Source: Candidatus Uhrbacteria bacterium (GTDB lineage Bacteria > Patescibacteriota > Patescibacteriia > UBA9934 > GWF2-40-263). From it: DNA of 64,000 nucleotides. The stretch lies in assembly GCA_016844925.1 (NCBI GenBank), contig JAERTI010000038.1:2936-66935 (forward strand), given 5' to 3'. The notes below the pieces were generated by a model. It had not been told where the DNA came from and made no database searches. It worked only from the letters and a program-made list of their open reading frames with translations. Made by a program: the position numbers and the translations under genes. Shown here in pieces: positions 46,232 through 56,016 of this stretch. Position 1 is the first letter of the stretch. The number at the start of each line of letters is the position of its first letter.

Positions 46232-46260
46232 TTGACAGGGCGACGATTCACGGGTATATA
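46232..46260 (+). promoter_or_regulatory. consensus sigma70 promoter TTGACA-N17-TATATA driving the HIT gene, followed by a leader hairpin (46265-46290)
   Basis: TTGACA gggcgacgattcacggg TATATA, then gatgtctccctaagtcggttcttagggggg, then TAGGAGCAAAC ATG. Confidence 0.65.
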
Positions 46261-46325
46261 GATGTCTCCCTAAGTCGGTTCTTAGGGGGGCTGGTTCAAA
46301 TGGGAATGGTCCCATAGGAGCAAAC

Positions 46326-46757
46326 ATGAGCGCGTCTCGACGGAAAATCTTCCTCGACATCCTCGCTGGCGAGAGTCGGTGTGTGAAGGTCTATGAGGAC
46401 GAGTACTGTCTCGCGATTCTCAACATCTTCCCGCACAAGCCTGGGCACGTCCTGGTTCTGCCCAAGCGGACCGACGCGACCAACGTGTTGGAGATGAATG
46501 TGGGTCTCTTTGCCCGCCTCATGCAGGTGGCGCAGTACATCACCCCGCACGTCATCAAGGCGATGGGGGCGGACGCAGCGAAGATCGACATGAGCACCGG
46601 TCCGGCAGCAGGTCTGCTCATCGACTACCCGCACGTGCACATCATCTGCTACAAGCAGGGGCAGTACACCCCGCGCCCTTCCTCGGACCCCGGCTGGCGA
46701 GTCCTGGAGGAAGACGGCGAGAAGATCCGAGCCGCCATCTCTGGCGCTCTGGACTGA
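46326..46757 (+). CDS. HIT-family (Hint-branch) protein with a degenerate histidine triad (HVHII instead of HxHxH); high GC
   Basis: IFLDILAGESRCVKVYEDEYCLAILNIFPHKPGHVLVLPKR matches the HIT N-terminal pattern. The triad region reads DYPHVHIICYK. Terminator at 46760-46787. Confidence 0.65.
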   Translation: MSASRRKIFLDILAGESRCVKVYEDEYCLAILNIFPHKPGHVLVLPKRTDATNVLEMNVGLFARLMQVAQYITPHVIKAMGADAAKIDMSTGPAAGLLIDYPHVHIICYKQGQYTPRPSSDPGWRVLEEDGEKIRAAISGALD

Positions 46758-46817
46758 GTCACGCACCCGATACGCGGGTGCTTTTTGATTGTAGAAAAAA
46801 TCCTAGCCACGTGTTGG

Positions 46818-47273
46818 CTAGGTGGTCCTCACAACGGTGATGGGTGAGGGGTCGAGGGTGTCCAGCTCCAAAGGGTGGGGCCCTTCCGTGAAGATCACGG
46901 ACAATCCCTTCTTCTCTCTCGAACTAACGAGGGAGAAGAGATCGCCGTTGCTGAGAAAGTGCTTCTGTCCTTTTGCCAGGCGCGAACCCTTGCGCCAGAC
47001 GCCGTTTTTGGACAGGTCGGCGATGACCCACATGTTTAAGGCAGCTGGCCTAATCACCATGTGGAGCCTGCTGAGTTTTCCCATGAGTTCCGGGTGGGAC
47101 CAGGGCTCACGAGCGAACTGGAGATGGGCACGATGCATTCCGTCGTGCATGTTCGGGGCCGGGTAGTGATCCCTGCCCACTGATACACCACTGTCCGGCA
47201 GGTCGTTTTCCAGGAACGCTTGTCCCTTCCAACACCATACGAGTTTAGGCACCACGAGTCCTTTCGTCAGCAA
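46818..47273 (-). CDS. FHA-domain protein (C-terminal FHA-like), intermediate GC
   Basis: VSVGRDHYPAPNMHDGMHRAHLQF...VIADLSKNGVWRKGSRL...NGDLFSL follows the FHA core pattern. The stop codon sits inside the hairpin cctagccacgtgttggctagg, which is followed by T6 on the minus strand. Confidence 0.5.
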   Translation of the reverse strand: MLTKGLVVPKLVWCWKGQAFLENDLPDSGVSVGRDHYPAPNMHDGMHRAHLQFAREPWSHPELMGKLSRLHMVIRPAALNMWVIADLSKNGVWRKGSRLAKGQKHFLSNGDLFSLVSSREKKGLSVIFTEGPHPLELDTLDPSPITVVRTT

Positions 47274-47427
47274 GCGGATAGCCTAAGTGAGTTTTATCAC
47301 AGAAGGTTTGTGGGAGCCAACGGGTATGCATATCAGGCTCAAAAAAGTTTTCAAAATGAAGACCCCGTACCAGACAGGCAGGGGGCCTTCATCTGATGCG
47401 GGGTTCGTTACCGCGTACGGTGATGCG

Positions 47428-47820
47428 TCAGTCGGTGAAGGGCCAGGTGGGCACCTCGTCGAGCTTCGCCAGCTGAGCGTCGATCTCGACCAGCGCCTGG
47501 TTGAACGCGCGCTGGTGCTCGTACTCCCTGATCAAGCCCGGGATGATTCCGCAGAGCATGTGCAGGAGGCTGGTGAGGTTGAAGCCGGCGATCCAGTTTC
47601 GGATCCACTCCATCTTGGTCGTGGACTGGGTCAGGGTGAGCGTCTTGGGTCCACCGTCTTCTTCGCTGGTGTCCGGTCGGAGGATGAAGCTGAGCTCCGT
47701 GATCTCCCAACCCATGATCTGATGCGCCTCATCGTGATCTGTGGCGATGTGGTGCGTGAGCTTCAGAATGAGGCGCAGTTCGCCCACATCCTCGCTGATC
47801 TCGTGCAGTTCCTGTCGCAT
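47428..47820 (-). CDS. hypothetical protein (130 aa); high GC
   Basis: ATG at 47818-47820 (reverse strand) with AGGAG 5 nt upstream. The 5'UTR is near-identical to that of the HIT gene. Confidence 0.5.
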   Translation of the reverse strand: MRQELHEISEDVGELRLILKLTHHIATDHDEAHQIMGWEITELSFILRPDTSEEDGGPKTLTLTQSTTKMEWIRNWIAGFNLTSLLHMLCGIIPGLIREYEHQRAFNQALVEIDAQLAKLDEVPTWPFTD

Positions 47821-47865
47821 GTGTGCTCCTAGTTGGCCATGCATGTTTCGAAAAAGAAACATCTA

Positions 47866-47894
47866 TATATACCAGAAAATAAGCTTTTTGTCAA
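47866..47894 (-). promoter_or_regulatory. consensus promoter TTGACA-N17-TATATA for the 130-aa gene, followed by the leader hairpin atgtttctttttcgaaacat
   Basis: Minus strand: TTGACA aaaagcttattttctgg TATATA gatgtttc...TAGGAGCACAC ATG. Confidence 0.6.
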
Positions 47895-47960
47895 TCCAAA
47901 GAGGCTAAAATAAAAGAAAAAACGGATCACAATGATCCGTGGCGTGTGTTCGTGGATGAA

Positions 47961-48929
47961 CTAGAGCAGGCCTTCTTGCCGGTACCAGTCAATGGCTCTG
48001 GTGAGCCAGGCTTGGGTTGGTTCCGGGTGCCAGTCCAGTTCCTCGCGGGTTCGTTCGCAGAGGAAGTCTGCGTTGTCGCGGAGCATGGCTTGAACCTTTT
48101 CCGTGCCCATGGGGGTGGCCTTGCGTCCTGTCCGGTGACAGGTCCAGGTGATGACCTTTGCGAGGGAGAGAGCGAGCCAGCCTGGCAGGATGCGAGCGCG
48201 CTTGATGCGGGTTCCAAGCGCGAGCTCCAGCTGGAGGTACAGCTCCTCGGTTGTGTAGCTGTCTGCCGTGAGGGTGTAGATGCCGCGATGGGTCCCACGT
48301 TCACCGGCGGCGATGATGCCGCGCACGCAGTCGTCGATCGAGAGCAGGTAGAACGTGCTCTGGACGAATGCGGGGAGTGAGCCCTTGGCCATGGCCAGCA
48401 TGATCTTGGCGGAGCCTCCGAGGCGACGGCCCTGTACGGATGCCGGGCGCACGATGACGACCTCGGGTCCTTCGGGCCCCAGGTTTTGAACCACCGTCTC
48501 TGCGCAGAGCTTGGTGTGACCGTAGGCAGATCCTCGGAAGTCGGATGCGCCTGTGACACTCTTCTGCGAGATGGCCGTGACGCTGCTGATGTAGACGAGC
48601 CGCTTCACCTCTGCGCGCCGCATGGCTTCGCAAACGATCTGGGTTCCAAGCCCGTTCACCTTCCACATCTCCCCGACCTCTTGAGGGGGGAGATCCCATC
48701 CGTTGATGCCGGCCAGGTGGTAGACCACTTGGCAGCCTCGCATCATCTTGGTGAGCTGTCCGGTGTTGAACAGGTCTCCGTGCACGGCTTGGGCGCCTGC
48801 AGCCTCGACGGTTGCGGCGGCATCTTCTGAGCGGACGAGGGCGATCACGTCGTGGTGTTCACTCAGGGCGCGGATCAGCGATTCGCCGATGAATCCGCTT
48901 CCTCCGGTGATGAATACTCGTGAGTTCAC
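47961..48929 (-). CDS. NAD-dependent epimerase/dehydratase (extended SDR family); high GC
   Basis: FITGGSGFIG Rossmann motif right after a GTG start at 48927-48929 with AAGGAGGAACC upstream. YxxxK-like SAYGHTK. Terminator acggatcacaatgatccgt at 47922-47940. Confidence 0.7.
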   Translation of the reverse strand: MNSRVFITGGSGFIGESLIRALSEHHDVIALVRSEDAAATVEAAGAQAVHGDLFNTGQLTKMMRGCQVVYHLAGINGWDLPPQEVGEMWKVNGLGTQIVCEAMRRAEVKRLVYISSVTAISQKSVTGASDFRGSAYGHTKLCAETVVQNLGPEGPEVVIVRPASVQGRRLGGSAKIMLAMAKGSLPAFVQSTFYLLSIDDCVRGIIAAGERGTHRGIYTLTADSYTTEELYLQLELALGTRIKRARILPGWLALSLAKVITWTCHRTGRKATPMGTEKVQAMLRDNADFLCERTREELDWHPEPTQAWLTRAIDWYRQEGLL

Positions 48930-49054
48930 GGTTCCTCCTTCATGCGTGTGCATGCGCCGTATCTGTACCATATGTTACGGCCCTGTCAATGGATTTGTCG
49001 TATCATGCGAAGTTTTCCTCTTGAGATTTCGCCATTTTCTGGCATAGTAGGGCC

Positions 49055-50311
49055 ATGAGTGAAGATGTGTACGACATAATTGTCATAGGGGGTGGACCCT
49101 CTGGCATGATGGCTGCGGGTCGGGCTGGTGAGCTCGGTGCCCGCGTTTTGCTTTTAGAGAAGAATGATCGTCTGGGGAAGAAGTTGAGTATTACGGGGGG
49201 ACGTCGATGTAACATCACCAATGCTGAGTACGACAACCGTTTGTTCCTCGATAGCTTTCCCGAGTCAAAACAGTTTTTGTTCTCACCGTTCTCTCAGTTT
49301 AATGTCGAGAGTACGTTCGAGTTTTTTGAAGAGCGTGGACTGCCGCTCGTTGTCGAAGAGCGTAAGCGCGCCTTCCCTAAGTCGCAGAAGGCGGAGGATG
49401 TGTGTACGACTCTCAAAGAATATGTCGAAGAGAGTGGAAATGTCACGGTGAAGCTGTCTGTGACCGTGGAGTCGTTTGTTCTCGTCGATAAGGAACTCAA
49501 GGGAGTGCGTACATCTGCAGGAGAGTTTCTCGGTTCAAAGATTGTGGTCGCAACCGGTGGGCTCGCTGCGCCTGAGACAGGGTCGACGGGGGAGGGGCTT
49601 TCCATGCTCGCACAGATTGGTCACAAGGTAGACGATCCAGATCCGAACCTGGCACCACTGCGCACATCGTCTAAGTGGGTGCATCAGCTCTCTGGTGTCA
49701 CTGTCGACGATATGACGCTCCGGTTTATGCAAAATGGTAAGACGGCGCACAAGGCGCGTGGGCGATTGTTGTTTACCCACTTTGGCATCTCAGGTCCGCT
49801 CGTGATCAATTCAGCGCATAAAGTAAAAACGTTGCTCAAGCAGGGGGCACTCACCGCATCGGTCGATTTGTTTCCAGATCACGACCTTGGAAGCTTGGAT
49901 ACATTTTTTATCGAGCTGTTTGAGCAGCAGAAAAAGAAGACTCTTAAAAATGTTCTCAAGGAGGTTCTCCAGAAGAAACTTAGTGAGAGTGTTCTGAACA
50001 GGCAGGATTTACGTATTGGCGATCTTCCTGTGCACGAGATTTCACGGGACCAGCGCAAACTCCTTGTGCGTACACTCAAAGACTTAAACTTTCCCATCAC
50101 GGGCACTATGGGGTTTGAGTGGTCGATTGTGGCTGATGGGGGCGTTGAACCTAAGGAGGTGGATTTTCGCTCTATGACCTCTCGATTGTTTCCGAACCTG
50201 TATCTCATTGGTGACACGCTGAACATTAATCGACCCTCAGGAGGGTTCTCGCTCCAGCTTTGTTGGACCACTGGTTGGGTGGCGGGAACGCATGCCGCAC
50301 AGGCAGACTAG
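49055..50311 (+). CDS. HI0933/YhiN-like FAD-dependent oxidoreductase (aminoacetone-oxidase family)
   Basis: YDIIVIGGGPSGMMAAGRA FAD motif and a KLSITGGRRCNITN segment. Confidence 0.7.
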   Translation: MSEDVYDIIVIGGGPSGMMAAGRAGELGARVLLLEKNDRLGKKLSITGGRRCNITNAEYDNRLFLDSFPESKQFLFSPFSQFNVESTFEFFEERGLPLVVEERKRAFPKSQKAEDVCTTLKEYVEESGNVTVKLSVTVESFVLVDKELKGVRTSAGEFLGSKIVVATGGLAAPETGSTGEGLSMLAQIGHKVDDPDPNLAPLRTSSKWVHQLSGVTVDDMTLRFMQNGKTAHKARGRLLFTHFGISGPLVINSAHKVKTLLKQGALTASVDLFPDHDLGSLDTFFIELFEQQKKKTLKNVLKEVLQKKLSESVLNRQDLRIGDLPVHEISRDQRKLLVRTLKDLNFPITGTMGFEWSIVADGGVEPKEVDFRSMTSRLFPNLYLIGDTLNINRPSGGFSLQLCWTTGWVAGTHAAQAD

Positions 50312-50316
50312 ATGCT

Positions 50317-52116
50317 ATGCCACATCCACTTCTTGAAGGGCGACAGCTCAGAAAAAAATATGGACTGCAGACCGTGCTCGACGGCCTGTCATTTCTTGTA
50401 ACAGAAAAACAGAAAGTGGCACTCATTGGTCGCAACGGAGCAGGGAAGTCGACATTGTTGAAATTGATTACTGGCGCAGAGCAGCCTGATGGCGGAGAAG
50501 TATTTTTCTACCCGCAGACACGCCTCGGGGTGGTGAAGCAGCATGAGGAGCTTCCTGATGAGGGGACGGTCTTGGAGTATCTCGAGGCAGGGAGCGGGAA
50601 GCAGGAGTGGGAAGTGAAAAAGCAGGCAGCGCAGTTTGGGTTGCAGCAGGGTCATTTAGCGCAGGTACCAGCGAGTCTCTCTGGTGGATATCAGATGCGT
50701 GTGAAGCTGGTGGCGATGTTGCTTGAAGACCCGAATCTTTTGCTGCTCGATGAGCCGGTCAACTATCTGGACCTGCAGACATTGATTCTTCTTGAGCGGT
50801 TCCTGCAGTCTTATAAGGGAAGCTTTATTATCGCCGCGCACGACCGGACGTTTTTGCAGAATACGTGTACACACACGTTTGAGATCGAGCGAGCTGGTCT
50901 GACGAGCTATAAGGGGTCGGTGCAAGAGTATTTGGAATTCAAAGAGCAGCAGCGTGAGTATGAACTGAGTGCGAATAAAAAACTGGCGAAGGAAATTGCG
51001 CACCAGCAGAAATTCGTCGATCGGTTTCGCTATAAGGCATCGTTGGCTACACGTGCACAGAGCAAGATTAAGCACATCACCAAGCTGCGCAACAAGATTA
51101 CAGCGATCGATGCGGCGCTCGCGACCGTCTCGATGACGATCCCGTCACCACGCGTCGTTGCGGGTACGGCGATACGGGTCGAGGGATTAACGATTGGGTA
51201 CGGCGACCTGGTGATTGCGGATGGCATTGATTTTGAAATTCAGCGCGGTGACAAGATTGTGATTGCCGGAGAGAACGGCCGAGGAAAGTCGACACTTCTT
51301 AAGACCCTCGCAGGTCGTATCGAATCTTTGAGTGGGAGTTATAAATGGTGGCATCGTGCAGACATTGGGTATTACGATCAAAAGACCGAGGCGACGCTCA
51401 AACCATCGGAGACCGTGCTCCAGCACCTCACGCGCTTGGCACCGGCTGATGCTTCGGGGGAGCGGATTCTCATGATGGCAGGGAACTTCTTGTTCAAGGG
51501 AGATGATCTCGACAAGTCCACGAGTGTGCTTTCGGGAGGAGAGCGCGCACGGCTGTGTCTTGCGGGAGTGCTTCTGCACGAGCATAACGTCTTGCTACTA
51601 GATGAGCCGACCAACCACTTGGACGTCGAGACAACAGAAGCACTGGCGTTGGCTCTGAGCAAGTACGAGGGGACCGTGATTTTTGTCTCTCACGCTCGGA
51701 CGTTTGTGAATACGCTCGCGGAAAAGATTTTTGAAGTGCGCAACGGAACCGTGAGGAGATACATGGGGACGTATGAGGAGTACGTCGAAGACCTTGCCGC
51801 GCTTACAAGTGCATCGACAAAAGAGGAGGCCCAGGTGGAGCAGGGGGCTAAGGAGATGAATGCCGCCCAACGCGCCGAGTATCAGACACGGGTGAAAGAA
51901 CACCAGCGTTCACAAGAGAGGATTGATAAGAAGATGAAAAAACTTGATGGGGAGAAGAGTGAGATCCTGGCGTACTTCTTTGAGAACCCAACGGACTACG
52001 CGCCCGTGAAGGCCCAGCGTTTGAGTGAACTTGATCAGCAGATTGAAGCGTTGGAGCTGGCTTGGGTGGAGGATCAGGAGTCCATCGATGAGTTACGAAT
52101 AAAATTGAATCATTAG
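50317..52116 (+). CDS. ABC-F family ATPase (tandem ABC domains, no TM domain)
   Basis: Two Walker A motifs (GRNGAGKST, GENGRGKST) and two LSGG signatures separated by a linker. Confidence 0.8.
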   Translation: MPHPLLEGRQLRKKYGLQTVLDGLSFLVTEKQKVALIGRNGAGKSTLLKLITGAEQPDGGEVFFYPQTRLGVVKQHEELPDEGTVLEYLEAGSGKQEWEVKKQAAQFGLQQGHLAQVPASLSGGYQMRVKLVAMLLEDPNLLLLDEPVNYLDLQTLILLERFLQSYKGSFIIAAHDRTFLQNTCTHTFEIERAGLTSYKGSVQEYLEFKEQQREYELSANKKLAKEIAHQQKFVDRFRYKASLATRAQSKIKHITKLRNKITAIDAALATVSMTIPSPRVVAGTAIRVEGLTIGYGDLVIADGIDFEIQRGDKIVIAGENGRGKSTLLKTLAGRIESLSGSYKWWHRADIGYYDQKTEATLKPSETVLQHLTRLAPADASGERILMMAGNFLFKGDDLDKSTSVLSGGERARLCLAGVLLHEHNVLLLDEPTNHLDVETTEALALALSKYEGTVIFVSHARTFVNTLAEKIFEVRNGTVRRYMGTYEEYVEDLAALTSASTKEEAQVEQGAKEMNAAQRAEYQTRVKEHQRSQERIDKKMKKLDGEKSEILAYFFENPTDYAPVKAQRLSELDQQIEALELAWVEDQESIDELRIKLNH

Positions 52117-52118
52117 AT

Positions 52119-53069
52119 ATGGCAGAGAAAAAAATACCCGTGACGTTAATCACCGGTTTCTTGGGAGCGGGGAAGACAACCTTGTTGAATAATTTACTTA
52201 CACAGCTCCATGACGAAAAAGTCGCGGTGATTGTGAATGAGTTTGGGGAGGTGGGGATTGATGACAAGTTGATCCTACGTACCGATGAGGAGATTATTGA
52301 GATGAACAACGGAGCCATTTGTTGCGCGGTACGGACGGACACAGTGAAGGTGCTCTTGAAGCTGACTGAGCGCAAGGATCTTTCGTTTGATCGTGTCATT
52401 ATCGAAACAACAGGTTTGGCAAATCCGATTCCTATTGCGCGCGCATTCCTCGATAAGCCTGCACTGGCAGAGCGCTACGAGATCGATGCCATTGTCACGA
52501 TGGTGGATGCCTCGCAGATCGCGCAGCAACTCAAGACGACTCCTGAGGCGAAGATGCAGATTGCTTCTGCGGATATTGTCTTGCTGAACAAGATTGATCT
52601 AACGGATGAGAGAACGGTTGCGATCGCGAAGCACGACATTAAGCGCATCAATCCACTTGCGACGATTCATCAGACAACGAAGTCGGACCTTACCCTAGAG
52701 ACACTACTGGAGGCGCAGCGCGACCAGACGTTTGTGCGTGAGTATACAACTGATGGAGAAGAGCATGGGCACGACAGTGACGTAACGAGTTTTGTGCTTA
52801 CCGCAGAGCAGCCTCTCGATTTAGAAAAAGTCGGTCGATGGATTGGGGAGTATGTCTTGCTTAACAGCGAGAACCTGCTGCGCTATAAGGGGTTGTTGAG
52901 CATCAAGGGGATGGACGAGCGGTTCGTGTTCCAGGGGGTGCATGAACATTTTGAGAACCGAAAGGATCGACCCTGGGGGGATGATCTGCGACTGAGTCAG
53001 GTGGTGATTATTGGAAAGGGTCTGGATCAAGCAGCCTTTGAAGAATCATTTGCACAGCTGATTTCTTGA
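52119..53069 (+). CDS. COG0523/G3E GTPase (CobW/YeiR/ZigA-like) with the canonical CxCC motif
   Basis: GFLGAGKTT Walker A, GAICCAVRTD (GCxCC) and a CobW_C-like C-terminus. Backbone GC. Confidence 0.75.
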   Translation: MAEKKIPVTLITGFLGAGKTTLLNNLLTQLHDEKVAVIVNEFGEVGIDDKLILRTDEEIIEMNNGAICCAVRTDTVKVLLKLTERKDLSFDRVIIETTGLANPIPIARAFLDKPALAERYEIDAIVTMVDASQIAQQLKTTPEAKMQIASADIVLLNKIDLTDERTVAIAKHDIKRINPLATIHQTTKSDLTLETLLEAQRDQTFVREYTTDGEEHGHDSDVTSFVLTAEQPLDLEKVGRWIGEYVLLNSENLLRYKGLLSIKGMDERFVFQGVHEHFENRKDRPWGDDLRLSQVVIIGKGLDQAAFEESFAQLIS

Positions 53070-53167
53070 CGAGGAAACTGCCGTCTGATTGCGGCGGTTT
53101 TGTTATACTGGGCTCTAAAGCATAAGAAACTCGATTCCATTTTGGGTCGTAACTAGCGTGAGATTAC

Positions 53168-54172
53168 ATGTCGACACTTTTAGAAAAAGCCGTGAAGAAC
53201 CTCGGGGATACCGTTACGCACGCGATTGAATTTACCTCTGATGCGCGAGCCGTGGTGGTGTATGACGATGATTCGGTTCTGTCGAAGACGCTCACGCAGG
53301 CGTACGGACAGGTTCTTCCAGAACAGACGTTTTTGTTGTTTAGGGATCTTGGAGCGGAAGACATCATGAAACAGATCGAAGCCCTCTCACCAGGGGATCT
53401 TGTTATTCTTGTGCAGTCCACAAACTTCCGTCTGAACGAGTTCCGGATTCGTATTGAGTTGTTTAAACGAGGGCTCAAGACTATCGAACACGCGCATCTC
53501 GACAGGTTTGATGAGGATCAGCTCGAGCGCTACATCGATACGCTTGCGTACGATCCTGACTACTATCGTCCACTCGGCCACGCACTCAAGAAGCGCGTCG
53601 ATGCGTGCAAAAAGATTACCGTGACATGTCCAGGGACGACGCTTGTTTACGACAGTCCTTTTGAAGAAGCACGTCTCAACATCGGCGACTACTCGCAGAT
53701 GAAAAACGTCGGTGGGACGTTTCCTATCGGGGAAGTGTTCTCCGAGCCGGCAGATCTCTCTCAGGTCAACGGTGAGGTTCGCATCTTTGCGTATCCAGGA
53801 AAGGATCATATTCTCCGCGAGTGTGAACCGTTCACAGCGCTGATTAAAGATGGAATCCTTTCGGCACCAGATGGCCCTGAGGGGTTCAAGGAGATGCTTG
53901 AGATGATCGAAGAAAAATCACCCGTGCATGTTCGTGAATTTGGTCTCGGACTGAATCCTGCGATCGGCAAGGGGAGAATCATTAACGATGTGACGGCGTT
54001 TGAGCGCATGAGAGGCCTTCATCTTTCACTTGGGTCAAAGCATTCCATTTATAAAAAGCCAGGACTCCCTCGTAAGGCAGCTGGATATCATATTGATGTC
54101 TTTCTTGATCTCGAGCAGATCAAGATTGATGACGAGGTAGTATTTGAGAACGATCGGTATACGGTGTCGTAG
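53168..54172 (+). CDS. hypothetical protein, possibly an M29-type aminopeptidase relative (tentative)
   Basis: EFGLGLNP and HIDVF motifs recall thermophilic metalloprotease relatives. Weak. Confidence 0.35.
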   Translation: MSTLLEKAVKNLGDTVTHAIEFTSDARAVVVYDDDSVLSKTLTQAYGQVLPEQTFLLFRDLGAEDIMKQIEALSPGDLVILVQSTNFRLNEFRIRIELFKRGLKTIEHAHLDRFDEDQLERYIDTLAYDPDYYRPLGHALKKRVDACKKITVTCPGTTLVYDSPFEEARLNIGDYSQMKNVGGTFPIGEVFSEPADLSQVNGEVRIFAYPGKDHILRECEPFTALIKDGILSAPDGPEGFKEMLEMIEEKSPVHVREFGLGLNPAIGKGRIINDVTAFERMRGLHLSLGSKHSIYKKPGLPRKAAGYHIDVFLDLEQIKIDDEVVFENDRYTVS

Positions 54173-54175
54173 TGT

Positions 54176-55471
54176 ATGAAAAAGAAGTTGAAGCTTACAA
54201 AAGAGTTCAAGGCTGCCTTCAAGGCGATGAACGAGACGGATGACGATATTTTTCTGACAGGACGTGCTGGAACAGGGAAGTCCACGCTCCTGAAATACTT
54301 TCGTAAGAACACAAAAAAGAAACACGTGGTATTGGCACCAACGGGTGTAGCAGCGTTGAATGTGAAAGGCCAAACGATTCATTCGTTTTTTGGATTTCAT
54401 CCAGCCATCACTCCCGCTAGGGTGCGGAAGGCCGATCCGGATTCCCTAGCGATCTTCAAGGCGATCGAGACGATTGTGATTGATGAGATCTCCATGGTGC
54501 GGGCGGACCTGCTTGATTGTGTTGATCGTGCGCTGCGACTCAATCGTGAGCGACCCAAGGAGCCGTTTGGTGGGGTGCAGATGATTTTCATCGGTGACCT
54601 CTATCAGTTGCCGCCAGTGGTAACACGTGACGATGCACATCGATTCCAGACGGAGTACACGTCTCCGTATTTTTTCTCCGCTGATGCCATGCGTGGCACC
54701 CCGATCAAGATTATTGAGTTGCAGAAGGTGCATCGTCAAAAGGAGCAGTCGTTTGTCGACCTGCTTGAGAAGCTGCGTACAGGAGCTCTAGATGCGGACG
54801 ATGTCGAGGCGTGGAATCAGCGTCACGATCCGTACTTTGATCCTCGTGAGGAGTCAGATGTGATTCATCTGACAACCACCAACAAGATGGCAAAGCAACG
54901 AAATGATTATGAAATGAAGTGTCTTGAGGGGAAGGAGTGGAAGCTTCAGGCGCGAACGGAAGGTCATCTGCCAGATCGTCGCATGCCATCGGAGCCGACG
55001 ATTATTCTCAAAGAGGGGGCCAGGGTCATGTTCACTATGAATGATCCGGCAAAGCGCTGGGTCAACGGAAGTCTTGGAACGGTTGTCCGTATTAAAAAGA
55101 TTGGGCTATCAAAATTTCCCGATGTCACCGTGGAGCTTGAGGACGGGAAAGAGGTTGAGGTGAAGCCACACAAATGGGAGCTCTTTGAATATGGATCGGA
55201 TGGGGGAGACATCGAGGAAGAGATTACGGGATCATACACACAGTATCCGATTGCTCTGGCATGGGCGGTAACGATTCATAAGGGACAGGGGAAGACCTTT
55301 AAGCGTGTTCTCGTTGATGTAGGGTGGGGAGCATTCGCTCATGGTCAGATGTACGTAGCCCTGAGTCGTTGCACGACGTTTAAAGGATTAGTCTTGCTCA
55401 AACCGTTTCGGGTGAAGGATGTGATCCTGGATCAGGCGGTTGTTGATTTTATGAACATGGCCTCTATATGA
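54176..55471 (+). CDS. PIF1/RecD-like superfamily-1 DNA helicase
   Basis: Walker A GRAGTGKST, DEISMV (Walker B) and C-terminal VTIHKGQGKTFKRV. Confidence 0.75.
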   Translation: MKKKLKLTKEFKAAFKAMNETDDDIFLTGRAGTGKSTLLKYFRKNTKKKHVVLAPTGVAALNVKGQTIHSFFGFHPAITPARVRKADPDSLAIFKAIETIVIDEISMVRADLLDCVDRALRLNRERPKEPFGGVQMIFIGDLYQLPPVVTRDDAHRFQTEYTSPYFFSADAMRGTPIKIIELQKVHRQKEQSFVDLLEKLRTGALDADDVEAWNQRHDPYFDPREESDVIHLTTTNKMAKQRNDYEMKCLEGKEWKLQARTEGHLPDRRMPSEPTIILKEGARVMFTMNDPAKRWVNGSLGTVVRIKKIGLSKFPDVTVELEDGKEVEVKPHKWELFEYGSDGGDIEEEITGSYTQYPIALAWAVTIHKGQGKTFKRVLVDVGWGAFAHGQMYVALSRCTTFKGLVLLKPFRVKDVILDQAVVDFMNMASI

Positions 55472-56016
55472 AGAAGGTTGAGCTCTATAGACACTCGATA
55501 AAACTAGGGCATGGTGATTGTGATCTGAGTCCGGAGGGGATTGAGAAGGCCATGGCCATGGGCAGAGAACTCCTCCGGGGGAAGGGCTATACGCACCTCT
55601 ATGTAAGTCCGCTCATTCGAACAACGGAAACGATTAATGCGTTTGCGCTCGGAGCTGGTGATTTTCCTGATGTGACCCTCCAGGAGTTCCCACCCCATGT
55701 GACTGTCTCAACCAGTCAGGAGGCTATGCGTCTTTGGACGGGGGTCTGTCATCGAGCGGAAGCTCATGGAACCGACATGCTTCAAGCTGTCCTTGAACAA
55801 GAGGCTGAGGTGGGTCAGGTGGTGGCAGCCGAGGCGGCCAAGGCATTTGTCTTGTGGCTTAAAGATTTGCCCGAGGAGGCACATGCGCTCGTCGTGGGGC
55901 ACAGTCCATTTCTTGAGTTGATGATTTACGGGCTGTTCAACAAACAGTTAACACAGTTTCAGCCCTGTGATGGTGCTTGCATCACGTTTAATGACGGGGT
56001 GTTGTCCCTTGAGTAA
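55468..56016 (+). CDS. histidine phosphatase (phosphoglycerate-mutase family)
   Basis: RHS..G catalytic His motif at the N-terminus and SPLIRTTETI. Confidence 0.65.
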   Translation: MKKVELYRHSIKLGHGDCDLSPEGIEKAMAMGRELLRGKGYTHLYVSPLIRTTETINAFALGAGDFPDVTLQEFPPHVTVSTSQEAMRLWTGVCHRAEAHGTDMLQAVLEQEAEVGQVVAAEAAKAFVLWLKDLPEEAHALVVGHSPFLELMIYGLFNKQLTQFQPCDGACITFNDGVLSLE

